A stretch of DNA of 64,000 bases, from positions 65,906,001-65,970,000 of the forward strand of contig NC_043002.1 of NCBI RefSeq assembly GCF_006345805.1, written 5' to 3'. The notes under the pieces were generated by a model. It was given only the letters and a program-made list of their open reading frames with translations. It ran no database searches and was not told the DNA's origin. Source of the stretch: Octopus sinensis. Lineage: Eukaryota. Positions 25,146-38,119 of this stretch are shown one piece after another. The position numbers and the translations under genes are program-made. Positions within the stretch are counted from its first letter, which is position 1. Each line of letters opens with the position of its first letter.

Positions 25146-28100
25146 TAAGAAAGTTTGTTGGTAAAGCACGTGGGGGAATATATAAGAAAATAGTAGTGTG
25201 AAAAAACGACAGAAGGCTTAAATGTTAAAAAATATATATATTTGTGTCAAAATGTCTGGAGATATTGGAAAAATTTTTTCCCTTCCTTAAAATGACATAT
25301 TTGAAAATTTTTAAAGAAATTACCGGTTTCGCGTGTAGCTTTTCAAATTTCTTGTGACGTTATGTTTATATTGCATGGAATTATCGTTGTTTTATTTCCA
25401 GGAGATTTCTAAATAAGGGGAGGTAGTGAGTGATTTTTTCCGGTGTAGGAGATAATCGCTTAAAAAATTTTTTTCCATTTCCTTTGTAATTTCTCTGTGT
25501 CAGTATGTTCGGATGGTTGAGTCTGGGTTTGTACTTTTCAATGAAGAATGTTTCCTTGTTCAGTCTCATTTGTGTTGATGATCCGAAAGCACATTGGTAA
25601 AATGGGAAGATTAAAAATTGTTGGCAGTAGTTTGGCTTTGCGCATTTCTCATGTGCTCACTAAGAGGTTCATTCTATATTCTGGGAATGCAATCTGTTGT
25701 CGATGCAGTGTGCATCTGCGCCTGAGGTGATAGTCCCGTGGAACCCACGTAGTCTTGGTGGCAGCCCCGAGCATTTAATAACATAAATTATGTTTTTCAG
25801 AGGCACAAGTAAAGTTAGATTTATCTTAAATTTCTGTCCCTCTTTAAAGAGGAATTCTGATCCTTCCAATAGGTTAGGACATGTTGCACAGTTCGATCTA
25901 CCACATTTTTTACTTTTGCATCCGTAATTTTAGAAGACAATTTTGCCTTTGTGAGAATCTTTTTAAGTGATTTAGGCTGTTTGTAGCTTTAATGATTTGG
26001 TGTATGTTTAGAATTTCCTTTAATTTTGGGTTTTTTATGAAGTATTGGTAAATTCTGGGTGATGATGGTGAAGGCTTCTTTGTTTCTGGGGTTGTATGTA
26101 GATATGTAAGGTAGTATTTTCGGGGAAGGGTGTTGTTGTGTTGAACTTTCTTAAAGTTTCTATGTTGATTTCTGTTGCACGTCTGATCCCATCCTCTATG
26201 AGGAGCTGGGTAATGTCTGTCAATTAGGGTGTTTTTGAGTTCTTGCAGTCTAAAGTTCCTGGTATTTTGTTCTGACACTATTGTGCATATCCTTCTTGCA
26301 AGGTGAAGGGGATGTTTGTTTTAGTGTGTCTTGGGTGGCATGAATTAAAAAGAAGGTATTGTTTGGCGTCTGTGGCTTTGTAAAAAATGTCTGTTTCTAT
26401 TTTAAGGTTAATTTTTTTAATTAGTAATCCATCAACGGGAGCTCCTTTTGGTTATTCCATTGTGAACTGTATATTTGGTTTATGCTGTTCAATAGGTTTT
26501 TAAATTTTAGGAGTTTATCTATGTTTCATTCCAGAGAATGAAACAATCGTCTGGAATCGTTTTTCCAATTCTCTTTTATGTATTGAGATAGGGGAGTTTT
26601 CCAAAGATTGATAGAGATTCCTGGTAAATGATTATTTCCATGTATCCCATTGTTAAGTTCGCAATGACTGGTGCTCCCTTGTACCCATACTCACCATAGC
26701 AATTCCGGATTTTTGACGGTAAAATGTATTGTCCAACATGAAGTGGTTATGGTGTAGGATGAATTCAATTGATTTAGTATGAATTCTTTACTGATCCTTT
26801 TTGGTATTTCTTCCGGAAATTGGTCTAACCAGAATTGTATTGCCTCCAGTCCATAATTATGAGGTATACTGGTATACAAGTTGACTACATCAAATGAAAC
26901 CAGGATTGTTTCTCTTCCTTGGTTTTTTTGGGAAGGTGGTTTAACATATCTAAGTCATCTCTGATATGGCTATCGATATGTTTAAGGAAGGGTTTCAAGA
27001 GGATGTCCATAAGTAGACTTAGTCTGTGGTGTTTCACAGGTTGGGCCAGCTACAATGGGTCGTAGTTTTAGGTCCCCCGGATTAGGTGTGTGTATGTATG
27101 TCTTTGGTGATTTTTTAATGGTTTCATTTATAATTTGACTTTTATGAATTTTGGCAGACCATAGAAAGGCTAGGTTTGCATTTAAAGTTGTTAGGAAATC
27201 AATCTCTTTGGTGTCAGTTCCTTTTCATGGGTTTTATTAGTGAGATAGAGTTTTTCATTATTTTTGTGGGGTGTATTGGTAATTTTTTCATAATGTAGGT
27301 CTTCATCAAGCAAGGAAATTAACAGATTTCTGTAGTATGATGTATCCATTATTACAACTGCATTTTCCCTTGTCCGCTTCCTTAATGGTTATATCTTCAT
27401 CATTTTGGAGTTCTATCAGTTCTTTCCATTGTGTTGTGTTAAAATTTGGGTTGCTTTCTGTTTATGTATAGTATGGTAGGGGAAGTTCTCAATGTGGTTA
27501 CGAATTCGTCAAGATCTTTATTTCTTCCTCTGTGGTGGATGTGTTCACTTTTGTTCTTGAACCGTGATTCATCTTCAGTATTGAAACTGTTTTGATGCTT
27601 TTGCTAGTCTTAATTTCTGCAAAATTCTGTTTATATTATCCTTGAGTTCATTTAGGTTGCTCTGCGTGGTTGGTGTACAATTTGAGCCCTTTTGCGAGGA
27701 TGTCAATTTTTATGTTAGAAAGAGGTTTGGTTGAAAGATTGATTATCTTCGGTTTTATCTTATTACTAGGTTCCAAGCCTGTGTCCTGGTGTCCCTGGTC
27801 CCTGGCTAAAAATGTTGGGTGTAATTTTGTTTGTATGAGTTGTCTGTGAGGGTTGTGTGGTATTTTTGGTCGGGGAGTGGTGGTATTGGTTGCTCCGATC
27901 GTTGTGTGTGTGTGTGGGAATCTATGGTTGTTAATGCTTGTGTGTGTGTAAAATTTCTGTATGGGGAATATTTTTGTGTTTCGAACTTCTTGTATGTGGG
28001 ATGTTGCTTGACATAGTGTGTTCTTTGCGTTTGTCTTGTGTTTAGTGGACATGTTTGGTTCATGGGGTAGTAGTGATTTTGTGTGTGGTGTATTTCTTAT

Positions 28101-28476
28101 CCTAGTGTCGTATTGTGCTTATGTGGTTGGTCTGGTATTATGATGTGTTGGTTTGTTCTGTTTTTGGTGTAATTTCTTTCATAGACGCGTCCTCTTTCAG
28201 CTAGTTCCCTGTTAGGTCTAGCGTGGTTTGGTTAGAGTTGGTTGTGGGGTGATTTCTGTTTTTAGTGTATGGAGGATAGTTGGGGGTTGTTCGTGGGTTG
28301 TTAGGTTTTTTTTTTTTATTATTGTAATTTTCTTAAGGAAGGGATTATTTGTACCCAATTCATTTTTGAAAGGTTTCACTATATTTTTGGAAGAAGTCCT
28401 AGTTTTTCTCCCAGCGTAGGAGAGAATTTCTCTCTTCTCTCTCACAGAATCCTTCCAGTGATCCAATGTATTATCG
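25146..28476 (-). mobile_element. Penelope-like retroelement (RT + GIY-YIG endonuclease + 3' pLTR), frameshifted
   Basis: Minus strand: MYTSIPHNYGLEAIQFWLDQFPEEIP; FYRQKSGIAM..G..APVIANLTMGYME; W.RF.DDCFILW (about 26540-26575); NIIYVIKCSGC...YVGST...RRRCTLHRQQI...RLNKETFFIEKYKPRLN. Many 1-bp frameshifts. Confidence 0.9.
25316..25351 (-). ncRNA. Minimal hammerhead ribozyme in the Penelope pLTR, U3-A8 core variant
   Basis: GAAAU UUGAAAA GC UACAC GC GAAA C CG G UA AUUUC. Stem I GAAAU/AUUUC is perfect; stem III is palindromic ACCGGU; GUA site. Confidence 0.7.
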
Positions 28477-28688
28477 AGCGTGACATTTGAAATACAAATC
28501 AACAGAAATAGAAGAAAGAGTGAGAGAAAGTTGTGGTGAAAGAGTGCAGTAGGGTTTTCTCAACCATCCCCTGCCGGAGCCCCGTGAAGCTTTTGGTGTT
28601 TTTTCTCAATAACATTCACAAAACCCGTTCTGGGAATTGAAACCGCGATCCTACGACCGCGAATCCGCTGCCATTGCGCCTCCACACA
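28477..28688 (-). mobile_element. SINE C fragment, near-identical to 30197-30410
   Basis: Shares the same head deletion (GCAATGGCAGCGGATTCGC, lacking CCCAGTGGTTAGG present at 51360) with the copy at 30092-30410. Confidence 0.85.
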
Positions 28689-29683
28689 GAAATCAACATA
28701 GAAACTTTAAGAAATTCAAACACAACAACACACCTTCCCCGAAAATACTACCTTACAATATCTACATACAACCCCAGAAACAAAGAAGCCTTCACCATCA
28801 TCACCCAGAATTTACCAATACTTCATAAAAACCCAAAATTAAAGGAAATTCTAAACATACACCAAATCATTAAAAGCTAAAAGCTACAAACAGCCTAATC
28901 ACTTAAAAAATTCTCACAAAGGGCAAAATTGTCTTCTAAAATTACGGATGCAAAAGTAAAAAAATTGTAGATCGAACTGTGGTGCAACATGTCCTAACCT
29001 ATTGGAAGGATCAGATTCCTCTTAAAGAGGGACAGAATTTAAGATCAAATCTAACGTTACTTGTGCCTCTGAAAACATAATTTATGTTATTAAATGCTCG
29101 GGCTGCCACCAAGACTACGTGGGTTCCACGGGACTATCACTCAGGCGCAGATGCACACTGCATCGACAACAGATTGCATTCCCAGAATATAGAATGATAC
29201 CTCTTAGTGAGCACATTGAAAATGCGCAAAAAGCAACTACTGCCACATTTTTAATCTTCCCATTTTACCAATGTGCTTTCGGATCATCAACACAAATGAG
29301 ACTGAACAAGGAAACATTCTTCATGGAAAGTACAAACCCAGACTCAACCATCCGAACATACTGACACAGAGAATTAACAAGGAAATGGAAAAAAAAATTT
29401 TTAAGCGATTATCTCCCCTACACCGGAAAAATCACTCACTACCTCCCTATTTAGAAATCTCCTGGAAATAAAAACAACGATAATTCCATGCAATATAAAC
29501 ATACGTCACAAGAAATTTGAAAAGCTACACGCGCGAAAACCTGTAATTTCTTTAAAAATTTTCAAATTATGTCATTTTTAAGGAAAGGAAAAAAATTTTT
29601 CCAATATTCTCCAGACATTTGACACAAATATATATATTTTTTAACATTTAAGCCTTCTGTCGTTTTTTCACACTTTACTATTT

Positions 29684-29690
<7 letters not shown>
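28686..29690 (+). mobile_element. Inverted 3' copy of the Penelope element (GIY-YIG + pLTR; HHR copy at 29512-29550)
   Basis: Reverse complement of 25180-26178. Encodes YVGSTGLSLRRRCTLHRQQIAFPEYRMIPLSEHIE; contains GAAATTTGAAAAGCTACACGCGCGAAAACCTGTAATTTC. Confidence 0.9.
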
Positions 29691-29722
<32 letters not shown>

Positions 29723-29933
29723 TATATATATACATGCACTATATAAATATATATATACATACACGTATATATATATACACACATGACACATCATATAGAA
29801 ATACGTTTAAATAGATAATAGATGTAGTATATATTTATTATATATATCATATATGTGTGTGTACATACATACATACATACATAAATGTATACATACATAG
29901 ATATATACGTACATGCGTGCATACATACATACA

Positions 29934-29969
<36 letters not shown>

Positions 29970-30052
29970 TATAATATACTATATATATATAGATCCCTTA
30001 TTAAGATCCCTTGTTAAGATCCCTTATTAAGAGATTATCCTTAATTGTTAAA

Positions 30053-30091
<39 letters not shown>

Positions 30092-30410
30092 TGGCACTCC
30101 AGTTGATCCGGTCAACAGAACAGCTTGATCGTGAAATTAACGTGCAAGTGGCTGAGCACTCCACAGACACGTGTACCCTCAACGTAGGGGAGATTCAGCG
30201 TGACATTTGAAATACAAATACAACAGAAATAGGAAGAAAGAGTGAGAGAAAGTTGTGGTGAAAGAGTGCAGTAGGGTTCTCCACCATCCCCTGCCGGAGC
30301 CCCGTGAAGCTTTTTGGTGTTTTTGCTCAATAAACATTCACAAAACCCGTTCTGGGAATTGAAACCGCGATCCTACGACCGCGAATCCGCTGCCATTGCG
30401 CCTCCACACA
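30092..30410 (-). mobile_element. tRNA-derived SINE C
   Basis: Minus strand begins GTGGAGGCGCAATGG...GGATCGCGGTTTCAATTCCCAGA (B-box-like); the body matches 7172-7440. Confidence 0.85.
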
Positions 30411-30560
30411 TACACACACATACACACACACACCACCACACACACACACCACCCACACACATATATATATAATATAATACATATATATATATATATATAT
30501 ATATATCTATATATATATCTAAATATATATAGATACATATACATATAAATACGTGTAGGT

Positions 30561-30594
<34 letters not shown>

Positions 30595-31266
30595 GGCATA
30601 CATATATATATGTATATGTATTGATATATATGTGTATACATATATATATCAATACATAGACATTTACGTACATACGTGCATGCATACATACATACATACA
30701 TACATACATACATACATACATAGATACATACATACATACATACATACATACATACATACATACATACATACATACATACATACATACATACATACATAGA
30801 CTTTGTGAACTTAGGCAAAGCAGCAAAGTCGAATAAAGCGTTTCGCCTTAAATGATAACAACACGACAGCAGCGAATACAAATGTATAACCCTCAAGTTG
30901 GGTCGTGCATTAAATGTGTGGACCATGTGTCTGTATTTGAAACAGAGTGTGGTGAATTATCAAAACAGTAGAGCGTCGCATGCAATTGAATAATACATTT
31001 GACTCATTCTCTTTCTCTTTTTCTCGCTCTCTCTTTCTTTCTTTCTTTTCTTTATCTCTTTTTTTTTTCTGTGTTTCTCTCTTTTCGCATCATGTGACAA
31101 AACGATATAAATGTGTCGTCCGGGGGATTGCACGTGACGAGAAACTCTGAGTAGCGGGTGTCTCAATGAATCATCAGTTTCAAAAGCATGTGTGTGTGTG
31201 TGTGTGTGTGTGTAAATGTGTGTTTTATTGAGCACGCTTTTCTCATTCGTTTGACATTAAGTACCG

Positions 31267-31330
<64 letters not shown>

Positions 31331-31499
31331 CATACATACGTATATATACATATATATATATACATGCATGCATAATATATACATATATATATACATGCAT
31401 ACATATATATACATACATATTTACAAATATACACACATAATATATATATATATGTATATATATGTGTGTGTGTATGTATACATATATAAACATGTATAT

Positions 31500-32790
31500 A
31501 TAAAGTCAGGAGGTTTGAGAGGTGAATATATATGTATGCAACTCCGTGACTTCCGTAGGATTACAACCGTTCCGTAACCATCAGCATGCAGTCTTAACTT
31601 CAGTATGCAAGAAATTATGCTTACATGTCTGCATAACTTTGTACACTCAGCATTAACCATTACAATTGCATATGCGCAAATTAATGCAAATAAAGAAAGC
31701 GAGGTCCTCAGATCATCATGATGAAATCAGCAATTCAACTCTAAATAGACACACAAAATTCACTCCTTATATACACAATGTATGGAAAGGAAGAGCATAT
31801 CTCGACCAAGTTACATTGATTTCATCAGTAAAAATCAGTAAAAGGTAAGCGTCCTAATCAGTATATATAAGGATATTATTATTCTAACATAGATTGCCTT
31901 CACATATGTGCACTTTTATATCAGTCAAGTTAAAGTGTTGGATAGAAATTAATGAATTAACCGACCTTAATTTAAACAAGATGACAAGGAGAAAAAAATG
32001 GGGATAAAGATAAACTAAAAATAAAATAGCATAAAATATATAAAAATATAAGCAAATAATATAGAAGAGTTTTTTTTTTACCATAGAATATTGAGGTGTG
32101 GCTGATGTAAGAGTAAAATTCTTGAAAGTTCAAATGTTTTCTGTAATGTTTACGTGACCCTGTTGAACTTCGTGTAACAGTTCACTGTTTTTACGCATTC
32201 ATCCATGATTCTGTAGAATCTTCAATTCGCCAGCTGTTTTTCCCCCACTTATCCATCTGTGTAATTTCTTTAGTAAAAATTCTTTTATATTATTTATTTA
32301 TATTTTTATTAATTCAATGTTGTTTTTTTTACTTTATTTGTTATCTTAATCCTTTGTTTGTTTTTTTCTTCTTATCTTGTTTAAATTCAGGTACCCATAT
32401 GCAAAGGAATTTTTTTACATGATAATAGCAACACAATGTATCTTTGTTCTGGTGCTTACCTTTTGCATACTAAATCAACAGTTCTGGCCTTCCATACATT
32501 ATGTATATAAAGAATGAATTTTGTGTGTATGTTTAGAGATGAATTGTTGATGCAATTATGATGTTCTGCTTATATGATAAACTAAGCCCATTTTCTTTAT
32601 TTGAATTAATTTGCGAATATATAATTTATTGTTGAATGCTGAACATACATATTAATGCAAACATGTACACATAATTTCTTGCATACTGAAATAAATACAT
32701 GAAGAAGGTTAAGAAACGGCCGCTATCTCATGGACGTCACGTGGTTAAATAATATATTCACTTCTCTAACCTCCTGACTTTGTTTTTATA
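31500..32790. mobile_element. Foldback/MITE-like element with about 480-bp imperfect inverted arms
   Basis: AAAGTCAGGAGGTTTGAGAGGTGAATATA...TTCAGTATGCAAGAAATTATG...CACACAAAATTCA is mirrored by TGAATTTTGTGTG...CATAATTTCTTGCATACTGAA...TATATTCACTTCTCTAACCTCCTGACTTT. No coding capacity. Confidence 0.75.
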
Positions 32791-32917
32791 TATTCCTCAC
32801 AAAATAATCTTATCGCTCGGATTTTCTGAATTTTCACTTACACGGATAATTGAGATTACGCAACATTGTAATTGATCTCTGCTTGGTTTGATAGCCGAGT
32901 CCGTATGAGGAGCTTAT

Positions 32918-33662
32918 TGGGATCTCTTCAGTTTGGCTCACAGATTTTTTTATCATTTTTTTTCTTAACTAAGCAGTTAGAAACTTCGTATACTGATGTG
33001 ATTTCTCACACTGAAGACGGTTTACTTTCAACATTTTTGACAAAATTTCATATTTTACAAGTTATTTCGTGCTAAAGTTGTCGTGTTTGGATAATTTTAG
33101 CCAATCAACGACGTGTATTCAGCTGAAGTAACCTACAGCTGTTTGCAATAGTAATCGAAAAGCAACAACTTCCGGGTCATCTCTACTAACTGTATTTTTC
33201 AACCACGTGTGGATTATTCGGTGTTCTTTGGATTGGCTGTGTATTTTGGCTAATGTGTGGATATTTTCACTAACTGCCTTTGATTATTTTCAACACTCTG
33301 TTCTATTTTATTTTTGTTTACTGCCTGTGTTGCGTATTACACGCTTTGTTTTTTGTGTGTTTTTTTTTGGGGGGGGAGGCTTAATCCACGTGTTGAAAAA
33401 TACATTTAGTAGAGATGACCTGGAAGTTGCTGCTCTTCGATTACTATCGCAAACAACAGTAGGCTGAATACACGTCGTTGATTGGTTAAAATTACCCAAA
33501 TACGACAACTTTAACACGAAATAACTTCTACAATACGAAATTTTGTGAAAAATGTTGAAAGTAAACCGTGTTCAGCGTGAGAAATTACACCAGTATACGA
33601 AGTTAAAACAGTTTAGTTAAAAAATAATAAACAAAAAATTTGTGTGCCAAATGAAGAGATCT
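32918..33662. mobile_element. Foldback/MITE-like element with about 290-bp inverted arms
   Basis: GATCTCTTCAGTTTGGC...GGTTTACTTTCAACATTTTT...CCAATCAACGACGTGTATTCAGC...GGTCATCTCTACTAA is mirrored at 33378-33662; spacer about 160 bp. Confidence 0.8.
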
Positions 33663-34579
33663 GCTTACTGTGATAACCGCACGATCTCGGAATCCATATT
33701 ATATACTACTCGTTTACATATGTGTGTGTGTGTGTACATGTGGGGGTGGGGGTGTCAGTGTGTCTGTGTGAGTGTGTCTGTGTGAGCGTATGTATGTGTG
33801 TACGTGTGGGTGTGTAGGTGGGTGTGTGTGTGAGTGCGTGATTGTGTGTGTGTGTTTGTGTGTGTGCATGTGTGTGTTTGTGTGTGTGCGTGCTGTCGCT
33901 CCAACTGGGCGTCAAAATCTGAGCTGGCTGCCAACTTTTGATATATAAACATATCCATGCACTCTACCCAACATATTCAGTACTACATCAGATAATGTTT
34001 GCATTACGTAAGACATTTTTATATACTTTACAACTCTTACATTATATACGCTTATGTATTTATGAATGCATGTATTTTGTGTGTATGTGTGTCAAAAGTC
34101 CCCACACACCCTAGTTATAGGTAAATGGACATCTGTGAATCATTTTCAATTTGCAGTAAACATGAAAATTTCACGGTTATTTTAAAAACTATAAGATTGC
34201 TACAAGTACATGGAGAACGATGAAGTACCTCATTTTTAAAAACAAAATAGTGTTTCTCTGAAACGTTTCGGGTGGTATACAAAGTTCACAAAGATAATGC
34301 TAAAGGTACAGTCTTAGAAGGGAATATCTTTGAAAACTACATTCTTTGTTATACACTTGTCACCTCTTCTCCATTAAAAGCTGCCTCTTAGTTTTATCTT
34401 GAAGTTAACGCGCTTTGAAACACTTACTCTCTTTTACTCTCTTTTACTTGTTTCAGTCATTTGACTGCGGCCATGCAGGAGCAGATACTTGTTCACTTCT
34501 CTTCGCCTTTCCATTGGGACTGTGTTATCAAAATCATTGGATATTTACATAACCTCATGAGTTATGTAAATACAGTTGT

Positions 34580-35985
34580 GGACAGTGAGGGCCTAGCTAG
34601 GAAGAAGGCCAGGACTGCCACCGACAGTGAACTTGAGAAAGCAGTTTTCATCTGGTTTGTCCGAGAGGAGAGTGACGGCACCTCCCTGTCAGGTGCCATT
34701 ATCAGAACCCAGACACAGAGATTTCATAGCCAGTTGCATCCAGAGCAACCTGACCAGCCTGACTAGCAGACCTTTCTAGCCAGCAAGGGGTGGCTGTACA
34801 GGTTCCAGAAGCACCATGGTATAAGTGCTGTCAGGTTCAGTGAGGAGCAGAGATCAGCAGACAGCCAAGCTGCAGATGACTTCCCAGCTACCCTGAAGCA
34901 GAACGTGGAAGCAGAATCCCTCACCCCAGAACAACTATACAATGCAGAGGAGCCTGGCCTCTACTGCAATATGCTACCAAACAACACCCTACCAGTAATA
35001 ACAAATTCTCCATCCTCTTTTGCCTGCAACGGGACAGGCACCCACAAGCTTAAACCCCTGGTTGTGGGCAAATTTCGATCACCCAAGTGCTTCCACCATA
35101 TAAGCATAAACAATCTGTCAGTGTTTTACAAATACTCAGCCATGTCATGGATGACAACCAGCATATTTGAAGAATGGTTCCTTAAGACATATGTCCATAG
35201 CGTTAGGCGCCACCTTAGGAGCCTCAACCTAGATAACTTCTGCTAGATAACTGCACCGCCCACCCACAAGGGGACATCCTACAGACCAGAGATGGCCAGA
35301 TCAAGGTCCTCTATCTACCCAAGAGCACAACCAACAAAATGCAGGCCTGAGATGCTGGCATCGTTCAGGTCTTCAAAACCACCTACAAGAAGGAGCTCAT
35401 CCTGGAAATGATAGAAACTCTGCTTAGTGTTACAGACTACCTGAAGCATCTTACCATCAAGGATGCCAGTTACTTGTCAGGCAGAGCCAAGGCTGCAGTG
35501 TCAACCAAGACCATAGCCAACTGCTGTAACAAGGGCCTTAGTGCAGCCTTCCCACAGACCCAGCAGGCAGAGCTAGAACCAGAAAAAGAGGAATTCATGG
35601 GATTATTTGAGGAGGAGACCAGGGCAGTAGAACAGCGTCTAGAGGATCGCCTAGAGGAGACAATGACGCTACAAGACTGGGTTAACATTTGGCAGGAAGT
35701 AGAAGAAGCCATACCTCCAACAGAGACACTGACAGACACTCTGACCGTGAAGCAGGTTAAGAAGGAACCAGAAGATAACACAGAGGAAGCGGAGACACCA
35801 ACCCAGGCCAAGACACACACACAGGCTGTCTCACACCTCAAGTGACCTATAGAATACACTGAGTATGAAGACTATGACCCAGTCTACACCATGCATCTGA
35901 AGAACCTGCTCAGGCAGACACAGATTAAGATGAGGAGAGGACTGTACCAGAAAAAGCTGACAGACTTTTTTTATGGGACTGAATA
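34580..35985 (+). mobile_element. pogo/Tigger-family transposase pseudogene (CENP-B-type HTH + DDE_1)
   Basis: RKKARTATDSELEKAVFIWF...SGAIIRTQ; FLASKGWLYRFQKHHGI; EQLYNAEEPGLY; KLKPLVVGKFRSPKCF; WMTTSIFEEWF; LLLDNC.AHP; C-terminal QKKLTDFF. Multiple stops and frameshifts; TIRs not identified. Confidence 0.9.
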
Positions 35986-36373
35986 AAAAACAATTAAATG
36001 TGAACTTTCATACAATGTAACTTTATAAATTAAACATACTTTTAAGGGCTTTCAAATCATTCACTCGGTGGCATGACACCAGATAGGCAATGAAAAAGCA
36101 TTTCATGAGTATTTATTGAAAATTCTTATTTTAGAGTCAACAGGAGCTACTTACGGAAATAAACAATGTAAATAATTCTTTTGAAGTTATTGTCAGTGCT
36201 GTAAATTAAACTTGATTGAATATGTTTTATTTTTTTCGTTCGTGCACTTTACTAATCAAGCCAAATATCTCATGTTCTTCTATTATCGTCTGCACCCCGC
36301 TTAAAAGGGAATCCCCAGCCCGGATAGAACGCGGTTAGTGACTCCATCACCGCGTTATAGAGCGGGAACAATG

Positions 36374-36406
<33 letters not shown>

Positions 36407-36407
36407 A

Positions 36408-36797
36408 TAGGTGCAGGAGTGGCTGTGTTGTAAGAAGCTTGCTTACCAGCCACATGGTTCCGGGTTCAGTCCCACTGCGTGGAACCTTGGGCAAGTGTCT
36501 TCTACTATAGCCACGACCAAAGTCTTGTGAGTGGATTTGGTAGACGGAAACTGAAAGAAGCCCATCGTATATATATATAGTTTGGTGTCTATGTTTGTTC
36601 CCACCACCACCATCGCTTGACAATTGGTGATGGTGTGTTTACGTCCTCGTAAATTAGCAGTTCGGCAAAAGACTCCGATAGAATAAGTACTAGGCTTCCA
36701 AAGAATTAGTCCTGGGATCGATTTGGTCGACTAAAGGCGGTGCTCCAGCATGGCCCTAGTCAAATGACTGAAACAAGTAAAAGAATAAAAGAATACA
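36408..36797 (+). mobile_element. Full-length tRNA-derived SINE B
   Basis: Head GGAGTGGCTGTG...GGTTCCGGGTTCAGTCCC; short internal (TA)n at about 36568; 3' half ending GTCAAATGACTGAAACAAGTAAAAGAATAAAAGAATA. Confidence 0.9.
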
Positions 36798-37481
36798 TGC
36801 ATACAACATACATACATACATACATACATACATACATACATACATACATACATACATACATACATACATACATACATAACATACATACATACATATATAT
36901 ATATATTTACAGAAGATATAGGTTCGCGTTCCACAAGCAGTCTTTGACTTTTATTTCCATCAATGGAGTTCTTCATTAAATATTCTACACGCTATTATTT
37001 ATAGCTTTATCAACTCCGAGTTTTACCGTTAAAAGAAAACTGATTTAGATCTTATCTCACGTAGTTTCTAAATTCTTAAGACGTACAGAAATTATGCTTA
37101 ATATCAACATATACTTAACTCTCTCTGTGAAAATTAACCTGCGATCAAACTACAGGAGCTTCACCTGATAAAAACGAAAGATTGTCCAAATATTTTTGTA
37201 TTTATTAATACCCATCAGGGAACATTTAGTCTGTTTACGCTCTTCATAAGAAAATAAAACCTGCTTAACTTCGGCAGTTTATAGGTAAAATAAATGATAG
37301 TGAAACTTGATAAGTATTACTAAATATTAAACTAGGTGGATGGTCTTAGCTCTTAGCTGTTAACGCTGCTGCGGTTTGTCCTCGGTTTTATATTTTCATT
37401 GCAAGACTAAGTATATATTTTTAGCAAGCATAATGTATATGAATTCCAGACATGCATATGTGTGTATGTATATCTGTTAGC

Positions 37482-37528
<47 letters not shown>

Positions 37529-37551
37529 TACATAATACATACATACATACA

Positions 37552-37582
<31 letters not shown>

Positions 37583-37786
37583 GTCTACAATTATGTATAT
37601 ATGCATATAGTTATCTATGTTTATAAATATATTTATATTATATATGTATATATTGATCTACCTAGATAGATTAGAAGACTGGTATGTGTGTGTACGTGCG
37701 TGTGCGTGATAATGCTTATATATATATATGTAAGTACGCATGTGTGTACATATATATGTATGTATGTATATGAATATGTATATATA

Positions 37787-37833
<47 letters not shown>

Positions 37834-38119
37834 ATATATATAATATATATATAAGGTCAAAGGGCACATCTTAGTTCGTCTAGGAGACATAATTCACCTC
37901 GCTTGCTTTATATCTAATCAGAATATATTTGGAGCAATGATAAAATGTCTATGCGGCATACATAAAATAGAAGACCAACTCTCAAATATGAAAAAAAAGA
38001 AAATGCAAAATTTCCGGGGCGTCTTCGACTTTCCGCTCTTTCAGCAGATGCTGTCAGAGACAGGATTCTGACAGCCTAGCCAGGGTCCTGACGATAGCAG
38101 TCGGCCATGTGAGGATTAA

